Positions 28,696-39,873 of a stretch of 64,000 nucleotides of DNA are shown piece by piece (position 1 is the first letter of the stretch; each line of letters begins with the position of its first letter). The position numbers were made by a program, and so were the translations under genes. This DNA is from Chrysomallon squamiferum (taxonomy: Eukaryota > Animalia > Mollusca), in assembly GCA_012295275.1 (NCBI GenBank), contig CM022670.1, positions 1,054,001-1,118,000 of the forward strand, given 5' to 3'. The notes under the pieces were generated by a model. That model searched no databases, was not told the DNA's origin, and saw only the letters and a program-made list of their open reading frames with translations.

Positions 28696-29027
28696 GCGTA
28701 TGGGCATTTTTGTTTGTGTGGGTATGCATGCATGTGGTAAATTAATAAATTTGAATAGGATAACAAATACGAAAACAACAACAAAGTACACTAGCAACAA
28801 TACAACCACAAATTACAGTAGCAAAAAAAAAAAAAAAAAAAATTACAGTAACAACCAAAAAAAATAATAAAAATAAATAAAATAAAATAAAATAAAATAA
28901 AAACTACAGTAACAACAAAATCTATTAAAAAAAATAATAATAAACAATTAAAATATAATTTTAAAAAGTAAATATTCCACTAAAAAAAAAAAAAAATAAA
29001 AATAAACAACTAAACAAAAAAATGTAC

Positions 29028-29095
29028 ACATAAAAGATCCTTTGCTGCTGAGGAATAAGTGACTAAATAGTGGGAACGTGTTTCTTCTCAAAAAT
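29028..29095 (+). mobile_element. Short, highly degenerate copy of the same SINE core
   Basis: CATAAAAGATCCTTTGCTGCTGAG...GTTTCTTCTC is similar to the 30165 copy. Confidence 0.4.
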
Positions 29096-29242
29096 AATTG
29101 CTATAATTAGATAAATACTGTGCATACTAACTAATATCTTCAAACGTGTACAGATGAAGTTTAGTCATACCTAACAAGCAGATAAACAAGAAGACAAACA
29201 ACGGTAACAAAAACTAAAGTAAAATAAAATAAAAACAAAAGC

Positions 29243-29309
<67 letters not shown>

Positions 29310-30164
29310 TAAATGAAAAATAAAAAATAAAATAAAATAAAATAAAATAAAATAAAATGAAACGAAAATCAATGACACATTTAATATTAAAAACAAACTA
29401 AAAATAACAAATGCCAAACAGTTTAATTATATGGTTGCCAAATCGATGACTGGTAGATTGAAAAATGAATATTTTGAACATAGATTTGTAATCAATCTCG
29501 TCATCATCTGTTGTTCAGGTTCCAGCGGCGGACCTTGTTATATTTATGGGGGTAGTCAAACGAGTGTTGTTATAGTAATGATATAAAAGATATGTCGGTA
29601 AGCATAATGTATACAAATAATGATTGAATAAAGGTTTTTTGATAACGGTTGTTTGTACAGATATATAACGATGCTGTTAGATAAATTTGATCCAAAGCTG
29701 CAATTACAATAAATAAATAGGTTAATTAATTCTTCCCTTTGAATTCCAACCGTAACGATAAGCAGATGCAAATAAAATGCAAAAATGCGGACCAAACAAT
29801 TGTTGCGATCTCCTAACCTGCAAATGACGCCATATTACCTGACGTGCCGCCATTTTATACACAGGTATCTAAATATGATGACCCAAACCCGACGACCGCC
29901 GTGTAACAGTGCATCAAGATATTTATTATTATTATTAACATTATGTTTCCTTTATTAATTTCTTTTCTAGTCTAATTTAGTTAATGATTTCTTAACAATT
30001 AATGTACCGAAATACAACTAACTTTTGGCTATTTTCCCTGATATTCTTAACTGTTATTTTTAAATTAATATTTTATGTTTAAAACAAATATTTAAAATCG
30101 ATCCGGAGAGTACCTCGTGTTATTTAATTACGCTGATCTCAGGTTCATTTAAAAAGCCTCGTTA

Positions 30165-30300
30165 CATTCTGTTCTGTCTGTGGGAAGGCATTTACAAAAG
30201 ATCACTTGTTGCTGAGAGGAAAGACGTAGCTGCAGCGGGTTTCCTCTCTCTTTATCTGAGAGGTCCTTAGCTGTCACGTAGCCGTAAAAAACAAAGCCTC
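30165..30300 (+). mobile_element. Degenerate SINE fragment (MetaSINE-like central domain)
   Basis: CTGTCTGTGGGAAGGCATTTACAAAAGATCACTTGTTGCTG...GCAGCGGGTTTCCTCTCTC...GGTCCTTA resembles a mollusc SINE core recalled from memory; related copies at 29028 and 54140. Confidence 0.55.
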
Positions 30301-30338
30301 ACTTCAGGTTATTTCACGTTGCTATCCTATACACCCAA

Positions 30339-30433
<95 letters not shown>

Positions 30434-32850
30434 ACCGATTTTAAGATATTTTCCAAAAAACTGACTAGAAAATTAATTTTTGATACAAGTAGCTTTAAAG
30501 TTTGAATCGTTAACAATAACAGAGCTAAGTGATTAATTTCCTGTTCCAATCAACTACGTCTTAATAATTAGCATTTCGTTTTAGCAGAAACTTGCTACAT
30601 TTCCCCTTTATTTTAGAGTCACGTTTTACAACCAATTTCCATACAAAACGACACACCCCACAAGCAACTGTTAGACATTGTGGGTTCGATCGTATGCGAC
30701 CTTCACTTCTTGAAACTTTAAATGCAACATGTGACAGCCTTTATAGCCCGGAATTGATTTCCTTTTTAAATATTTTTATTTTATTTAAATTTTTTTTTTT
30801 TTTAATTTTAAAAATTATTTATATAAATTTTCAAATGTACTGACTGCATCGATTTCTGAAAGTTTCTGACTAACAGTTCGGTGTTCGTCCTACATTTGTT
30901 TTAAAGTACTGATATAAACGTATCTTTAAACAACAACAACTATAAAGGAAACAAAAGGTATATCAGCTAAAACAGCAGCAATTCCTACTACAACAAAATA
31001 TTTTTAAAGTCTATGTGACACACGTAAAAACCAACAAAACTAAAAATGTATTCGCTAATTCAATAATACTCCAGAATTCTTTTTGAAAATTCCACTAGAA
31101 AACAGAATGCTATTCACATAGATTCCATACAAAATTCCAGTAAATTACGATTGTGTAAGTGCTCAGAAATTAATGTTGTAGAGGAAATATATACAATCAG
31201 TATATCTGTCTGTTTATCTGTCTCTTTGTCTATATCTATCTCTCTATGTCTCTGTCTATCTGTCTGTCTGTCTTTCAGTCTATCTGTTTAAATATTTTAT
31301 ATTTGAATGTTATATTTATTCTAATTTAAAACACCACTATATGAAATATTATTACTGGAAACAACCAACTTGTAAACTGATGCTACTTCTAACACTATAA
31401 AACTTCAAAGAAAAGCAAAATATATTGATTTTTTCATTTTTTCTCAGTATTTAAAAAAAAATTTGAAATTGTTTTTGATGTTGATATTTGATCATTTATA
31501 TCTGTAAATCTTAGAATTCAGTTTTTACTAAACGCGGAATATCTTAACTCGGCATTTTAAAACTACTACATTTGCGACTCGTTAAAGTAATAACGTTGCT
31601 GTGGGTGTAGTCAGGTACAACGCCAACACTGCACCACTGTTTCAGTAGATGACTTTATCCTCGTCCTCTGACATGTTGTATACATTATTTTCTTTTAACC
31701 CTGAAAGAGTCAGGTAAACAAAATAAAAATTTGTTCAGTATCACATCGTCATAAAGTCTAATTACTTTCATCGTAAAAGAATTATATATATATATATACA
31801 CATCAGACATATGTTACGGATATAAAAACTACATTTTCATTAAATACACAAATTTATCTTTCAGCATGCTTTATAATGCTGAATATTAAAAACTGAAGTC
31901 TATCCATATTTAACAATATGCAGTGAATATCATCTATCGTTATTTGGATCAATACAGGCGTATATATACATTATACATTATAAATATATACAAGTAAGAC
32001 TGTATTACTTATAATTACACAGTGACATAGAACTAAACAATTTTCATAAAAAATACATTTAATTGTCTGGGAAACGGGTGTCTTTGGGCGTCAGACATCG
32101 CCAAGGTTATGTTCATATTATCGACATAAAAGAATAATTTATATAAATACTATGCATATATCAACGTTCATACAGAATGCTTATACAATACACTCCACAA
32201 CAAAAAACACAGCCTCTAATACACGACTTCAGAAATAATGTTCTTACACACAGCGTAAAGTGGTCGTAACTTATTATACTGCACGAACTTTAGACTTAAT
32301 ACAGTTATATTATTACTAGTTACGTTAAATTTACTTTTAGACTATTCTGTATTAATATTACTCTAGTTTTTCATTAACTTTCAAGGTAAAAATGCTTTTA
32401 TTAATTGTATATTTATAGTTATTACCATATTTTAATTGTTAATTAATCTTTATGTAACAAAAAAAAAAAAAAAAGACTAATTACTGATTTTACAAACTCG
32501 TAACTTCTGTCGAATTAAAAATTTCATCAATGTCTAAACTTGTTTTGATCAGGTCACAGAGTGACTCAGTAACACGTAAAATGAGAAGTGCAAAATGCAA
32601 GCACGTGAAAAGCATGCTACGTGTAGTGACGTCATTTTTCGTGTCCGTGCTGGATTAAAACAACAAGTAAAAATACACATCATTAGACATATTACAATAA
32701 TTTAAAATCTCTCTTTGTCGAAATTATTTTCTGATATAGTCGGTTTACGTTCTAGTCAGACGAATTTACAAATAAACAAATAAATAAATAAATAAACAAA
32801 AGATATAAAAAATTAAATTAAGCAGCAACTTCCCTTAGTAATGAATATTA

Positions 32851-32895
<45 letters not shown>

Positions 32896-33491
32896 CCTTT
32901 AACTAAAAATATACAAGTAAATTAATAACATGGTCCCAGATGTTTTGGCAGAATGAGTTTAGCAACTGCAGCACGCATGCGTAAATATTGCTAATTATCA
33001 CACCAATTGAAAATGTTTCATTAGGCCAGTGAAACGAGAACTGTTGAAGTCAGTTTATGTACGTATGTATGACATGTACACACATTTCGCTAATAAGAGG
33101 AACGAAATAGTTAAAACTTAAAACAGGTGAGTTTCTCACATTCTTTTTTTGTTAAAACGAAAATATATAATTTTGAAATTAGTAATGCTTTGTTTTAAAA
33201 TTCAGTGTTGAACGGAACAATACTGACATTGATAGTAACTGTAGCAAAAGGAAAAGACCAGATGTTGGACATAGTCTGCTTCTGCTTGATGTGCTTGTAG
33301 AAGTATTGATTTGTTACAGGTGTTACTAACGTGAAAAACGCCCCTAAATTTATACAGTTTGATAACTCGTTTTAAGATGAAGTTAAACAATAGTTTTAAC
33401 TGATGGTTTTAACCGTTTCGATTTTGTGTATTTTTCAAATCGTTTAAACAACTTTTTAACATCTTTGTAGTTCATTTGAGTTTTTGAATCA

Positions 33492-33588
<97 letters not shown>

Positions 33589-34286
33589 GTATGTATATAA
33601 TGTATATATGCCTGTTTTACGTCTGTTTGTCTTGCTGTTTCGCGTGAGGGTGCACGTGTTGTATATGTGTATATATATGCGTATGAATGTTTGTGTGTAT
33701 ATAATATACAGACAAGTGTATATATGTATAGCTTTGTTTCTAGCTATGAATATTCTCTAGTAGAGTTTCTTCACTGTAATTCTCAACATTCTAATTCAGT
33801 CAAGTGTGTGTGTGTGTCTGTGTGTGTCTGTGTGTGGGGGTGGGTGGTTGGGTGTGCGTGTGCAATTTTAAATTATTGTTAAACAATCCTATAATGAACA
33901 ATACAATCGATCTCGCTTATCAAATTTCAACATATTAAAATGGCTGCAGCAAAGTTATAATCAATGAAAAGTGCAGTAGAAAAGCACCTTAAAAATTACG
34001 CGAAAATTGTTGTGGGCTGTACATGCAATACACGTGTACGTTGTTCATTCTCTGTGAGTGCGTGCAGTTATTTTCATTGAGAAATTATGGACCTTTTACA
34101 GTATTGATCGTTCTGCTCATTTAAACTGTTATAATATGTAATTACCGCCATAAGTGAAGTCTTTGTGCTTATTGTAACATAATGGCTTACGTTATTTCAT
34201 TTGACATTATAAAACTAGTTTATATAATGACTCACTGTCGATTTCATTCTGAAAGTGTGTAATAAACTGTTTCATTTTAAATTCAT

Positions 34287-34373
<87 letters not shown>

Positions 34374-34959
34374 TTTTTTCTGTGTAATTCTTTATCATGT
34401 GCACGCTATCCTTTCTGCATAGTGCATATGTTTCAGTAACACATGTCTTAAACAACAACAACAACAAACAACTTTTTTGTTTGTTTTTGAATCATCAATT
34501 GTTTTTCTTTTTCGTTACAATTTTTTTTTTTTTTTTCGAATCTAAACTATTCGCCAAAAATGAACATGCATACATAGGAACTTACCTTTCTGCTTGTATG
34601 TCTATCCACAAACTGATACTTACATCCACCAACCTTTCTAAATGTGTAGATCTGTCTTCATAACAATCTGTGTACCTGTCTCCAGTCTGTGTACCTGTTT
34701 GTCAAAAACTTAGTAATCTGTTCTTGTACGTAAAATTTTGGAATGTTGGACGCTTACAAATTATTTTCTTTTGTTCTCGAATACCGTTGATTATCATTTG
34801 TTTGTAGATTAATATTACTGGGAAAAACAACAACCACATGCATAATACACTACGATTAAAGGTATCACGTAGCGAGTATTTGAATCTTGAATATTACTAA
34901 ATACACAAATACACAGTACTTGTAAACTAACGTACGGTATTACCATGCATTCACAAACA

Positions 34960-35233
34960 CACTGACGTAAGATGTTAAAAAAATGACGTAAGGAATTACG
35001 ACTAACGAAAGGTATTGATTATTAGACGGTTAAATGACTCGATATTATTTAATAACTAACATAAATGTTATTTTAGTACGCTGCATTCGACTCGAGTGGT
35101 TGTATATAAGTTGGTTTATGTGTTTGTACGTTGAGGCTAAAATATCAAAGTCTGGATCTACGAGTGTGTAACTTGAGAATTCAGCTTACTGCAATTGTTT
35201 TAACCTTTGTTTTTATATCCTACAAGTTTTAAA
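34960..35233 (+). promoter_or_regulatory. Candidate inducible promoter and non-coding first exon of PFP2
   Basis: Two TGACGTAA CRE/ATF-like sites (34963, 34984), TGACTC 35035, TATATAA 35103-35109, donor AAA|GTAAGT at 35233/35234; acceptor ttttcag at 36131. Confidence 0.55.
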
Positions 35234-36154
35234 GTAAGTATAACATACACATTTAAAAAAAAATATATATATTAAAAATTATTTGAATTAAAAAAAAAAT
35301 AATAATAATAATTACACACAGTTCAGACAACTGGTGAATAATTAACTTTAATTAAATGCCGACATGAGAACTGACATTTATTTGGCATAATTCTTCTGGG
35401 TTATTAATACTGTTACAAATACAGTTGCTGCTACAATTAATTTATATTATCACTATTATTAATATGGATGTTTGTTTCGGTATTAATATTATTACTGTTA
35501 TTATGAAATGGTGTACTATTTATAATGCAGCACTTTAACCTTGATACGGAAACTAGACTGTATATTATAACAAACTCTTCACAACACATCGACCGCTCAG
35601 TCAGAACATACGATATTTGATTTCCACTGATAAATGTGGTGTTCTGTATGTACATATATTTAATATAGACCATGATTAATATATCGCAAGAAAACAATAG
35701 GAGATGAGTCATGGAAAACTGAACAACAGACTGAAATAATCACTGCAAAGAGAAAGACTCAGTGGTGTGTCTGTGTATCTAAATTCGTGTGACGGGCTGT
35801 GTATCATGTATGTGTTGTATACGTTTATGTCATTATGTGTCGGTGTGTGTGCGTGCTTCCGTGCATATAACGTACATAATATATATTGTGTAAATGTGTA
35901 TACGTTTGTTTATTTATGTTTGTACATTCGTATGTTTGCATTCATGCATGCATGCATATTTGATGTACATTGTGCGTATTTTATATAAGTGCTGAATGCA
36001 TTTTTGCACATGTATCTATGTATGTGTGTGTATATATATGTGTCAGTATAACTTTTTTATAACCTATACTTATATATTACTTGATGTATTTTGTCACAAA
36101 CTAAGTGTTGCTGGGTTGTTTTTATTTTCAGACAGCAAGAACTAAGAGCTAAAC

Positions 36155-37090
36155 ATGACTTCAGATCAGGTTCTTGAGCTGGACAAGCTGATCGGGAAAC
36201 ACGCCTGGAAGATTTTGGTTGCGCGTAGCGGTTTCTTCCGCCGCCTGTTCCTGAACGAGGCTGAGTGCTACCCGGAGATAGACTGGAAGTCGCTGGAGGT
36301 GGAACACAACATAATGAAGTTCAGCCAGAGGCCGCTCAACAAGTCGTACGACACGGCGTGGGGCAAGATCACCACCGGCTCCAAGTGGGTCCCGCTGTAC
36401 TCGTGCGACTTCGAGAACACGACCGAAACGAAACAGGTGCACTCGTTCCGCGGACACCGAGACACGACGTCGTGGGTGGCGGTGGAGCTCACTCAGTGCT
36501 ACACCGTCGACAGGGACGTGGGCATCGAGGTGCACCTCCCCGTCAGCTACGTCAAGCTCCGCGCCGGCCGCGACAATACGATGAACGTGAACAAGATGAA
36601 AGGTCAGGTGTTTAAGGAGATCGTCGCATTTGAGGTCAACTCCCAGATCGAGGTCAGTCCCGGTTGGAAAGCGCATGCGCAGCTTCTGGCTTGCGAAGAC
36701 TGTCAGAGAATCGATTTCGAAGTTAGGACGAGTCTGAGTGTTAAAAAAGATAAACTTCCGGTAACCTTCAAAAGGAAGGCCGATAACTCTGTCGCGTACA
36801 AAGTGGATATATTCAACCTGTGCGACGCATTCAAATCTGTGGAGCAAGGGGGACAACTGGAAGAGACTGAATCTGACGTCGTGCAGGTACTCATGGAGTC
36901 GTCGGTTGACGACCAGGGAAACGAGAAGAGTTCTACGAGCATCCAGTTAATCACCCGCGGCATCTGCACCAGCGTCACTTGGTCCGATCAAAAAGTGGAT
37001 ATAAAAACCCAGCCTCTGAACGCGAGCAATGGCCCCCTCAAAGGTCGAGATGTCATCCTTGGCGACAACGGACTGCCTAGTAATGCTTAG
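36155..37090 (+). CDS. Second aerolysin/ETX-MTX2-like protein, 311 aa, no signal peptide ('PFP2'), distant paralogue of PFP1
   Basis: Uninterrupted GC3-rich ORF 23 nt after an acceptor. Motifs colinear with PFP1: LDKLIGKHAW, EIDWKSL, LYSCDFENTTETKQVHSF, IEVHLP, VNSQIEVSPG..AHA, LITRGICTSVTW. Confidence 0.8.
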   Translation: MTSDQVLELDKLIGKHAWKILVARSGFFRRLFLNEAECYPEIDWKSLEVEHNIMKFSQRPLNKSYDTAWGKITTGSKWVPLYSCDFENTTETKQVHSFRGHRDTTSWVAVELTQCYTVDRDVGIEVHLPVSYVKLRAGRDNTMNVNKMKGQVFKEIVAFEVNSQIEVSPGWKAHAQLLACEDCQRIDFEVRTSLSVKKDKLPVTFKRKADNSVAYKVDIFNLCDAFKSVEQGGQLEETESDVVQVLMESSVDDQGNEKSSTSIQLITRGICTSVTWSDQKVDIKTQPLNASNGPLKGRDVILGDNGLPSNA

Positions 37091-39138
37091 TGGTAGCTCA
37101 GCCGCTGCAGAATTTTTCTCCAAACAGTCACCGACAACGTTGAACGGTTACCAGATCACACGTACCTGTAATTATTCAAAAATCTGTAATATATTGTTAT
37201 TATTATGAACGTTTCCGAAGTCTTTTACGGATAGACCGTATGCTTGTATTTTTATAAAGATGATCTGGTTGACCTTATTTTATCTGGATGTAATGATATG
37301 ACTAACATTTGTTTTTGATCTATTCTTTGTATAAGAGTATACGACATTATTTTAAAATGTTAATAATTGCATCATCTACCCGGGATTGTTGCGTCTTCCT
37401 TTTCGGAATCAGTCTGAATCTGAAGAGTTCCGCACATTTGCAGAAAACTCACTGATGTAACAAACTTGAACATTATGATGACACTTCCAGATGATCATAT
37501 GCTAACAATGTGATGCATTTGAAGGTACGTTCATTTAGACCTACACGAAGCTGCGTACATATGAAGATGTCAACAAACACTTGTACAAGATGTAAAACAA
37601 CCTGTATGGTACACTAAAGAAATCTCTACGTCATCAAACGATGTCCATGTTGTACATGTATGTACATATTCACCTATAACCAGAAATTGTTCATATGCTA
37701 TATTTAAATATCAATATTATATGTACTTACACGTGCATGCTCATGCACGTAAACGATGCACATATACATGAAGCAGTTTTAGGTTTTTAATCAATATTAA
37801 ATAATAGTAGTAATAGAAATAATATTAATAATAATAAAATCCTCATATTGTAACCGACAAGTTTTACCAAAGCAGAATGACAAACATACTTAACCAGTAA
37901 CAAGTCTTGTTAAATGTTTTTTATTCTGATAACTCGGTTAACCAAACGTATTTGAATACTGTAATTAGACGTAATCTGTATATTTCTACTTTCGTTACAG
38001 CTTTGTTGTTTTTATGTTATTGTTTTAATTAAATATATAAATATATACCACTCTCTTTCTACTAGTCTGTTGTATTTTAATACTTGCCTTGTATATAAAC
38101 ATATGTACAATAAGTAATAAAAAAAGAAAAAGATGTGACATCTATTACATACAAACATACATACATACATACATACATACATACATACACATACACACAC
38201 ATACAAACATACTTATATTAATTCATACATACATACCGTTACTGTCACTACCACAACCACAACAACAACCACTACTGTTACATCTGCTGCTAACAATAAT
38301 TATATCGAGAGTAACAAAACAGTAATAATAATTCCTGGTATCATCATCATGTTGAAATCTGTTTATTTATTTATTTAATTTTTAAACTTACAAAGTGAAA
38401 CACTTTAAGGGGTATAAAACAAAGAAAAACCAGCCAAACAAACAAAACAATTCACCAGTATTTTTGTTATTATTTTTTAAATTATTATTCACCAAATGGG
38501 GGTTCTCGGCTAGAGCAAAACACCACATAAGAACAAGTCCACCAAAAGTTGTAATAAAACAAAACTTCATCTTGTAATTAACAAGCTTTTAAATCTTGGG
38601 GATGTTTGATCTCGACTGTTCGGTACAGTTTTTAACATTAACTGCGATGTTTGTTATCTTTGTCAGTTGACGTGTACTGTTACTTAACAACAGAATACTT
38701 ACACGTGCACAGAGATGTTCGTAGACCAGTTCTGCGGGTGTCGTTAGAACATTTATGATAAACTAGCTTCCTAACAGAACTTGTACGTGCTGATGTTAAA
38801 ATATAATGAATGTAACATAAATAGTAATTATCAAATTTTACTTGCCATTGTCAGATATCTATAGAAATAAACTTCAGTTAATATGGATCTCATATTATTT
38901 AACGCCCCATTGAATAATTCATTGATATTTCGGAATGGGCAGGTTCGTTAGTTCGTTATATTGGTGCGGTTTCAAATGTGACTTAAACCGGTGAATATAA
39001 TAATTGTTTACTGTGACGATGTGTGCCAGATGCAACATGCAAGCATGCGTCCTAGACTCTTCTGTTATGTCTAGTGTCTTACAGAACTGAACATGTGTGC
39101 TGCGAACATCATTTTTACATACATACATGCATATATAG

Positions 39139-39171
<33 letters not shown>

Positions 39172-39181
39172 CAAATCCTAA

Positions 39182-39212
<31 letters not shown>

Positions 39213-39873
39213 CATATACATATATACACACACATATATACATATACATACATACATAGATATATACATTTTACCTGAAATATACTTCATTAATTAATAC
39301 AGATTACCTGAAACGTTTAGAATGTTACAATAAATTTAGAGTTATGGTGGTATTTGTTAAAAGATACAATTAAAATTTTTACTTTTTATTTTTCTCACTG
39401 CTGCAAGAGCATATCTGTATGTTCTCAACATTACGACAGAGAATTCTTGTCCCCAAAAACCTTAATCTGAAAACGAAGTTCTTTACAACAATGATAGTTT
39501 CCTTCAGTTTTTGTACAGGTAAATACATACAGTATTATAGTTCACAGAGAACAATTCTTGTTTATTACAGATCAACTCACTACAATAATAATAATAATAA
39601 TAATAAATGTTTAATTCGTTCATTTTACGACTTTTACATCGTGACGTTTTGATTGTTCATTGAGCTATTGCTTGTCGTTGAGTATCTGTTCTCGGATAGT
39701 CTGGAGTTTTTTACTTCTGCTCGCAGTTTTCTTTCGTTTATATACAAGTAGCCCAAGCATCCTCTGGCGAAGAACGGCTCACTCGCTGCTTGTCACACTG
39801 ATATCCGTTCAAGTGTCCGTCTCTGCTGTTTTCCGCCAGAACATAGTCTGGCTAATAAACGAGGAAGACATTA

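Noticed and set aside
36161-36856. 231-aa antisense ORF and other overlapping ORFs on PFP2 (also 17233-17622, 41637-42014, 63398-63919)
   Set aside because: Shadow ORFs of real CDSs caused by codon bias; no recognisable motifs.
17236-37090. Bacterial contamination or very recent HGT as the source of the toxin-like ORFs
   Set aside because: Both ORFs have spliceosomal acceptors, sit in host microsatellite-rich DNA, and one carries a eukaryote-type myristoylation motif.
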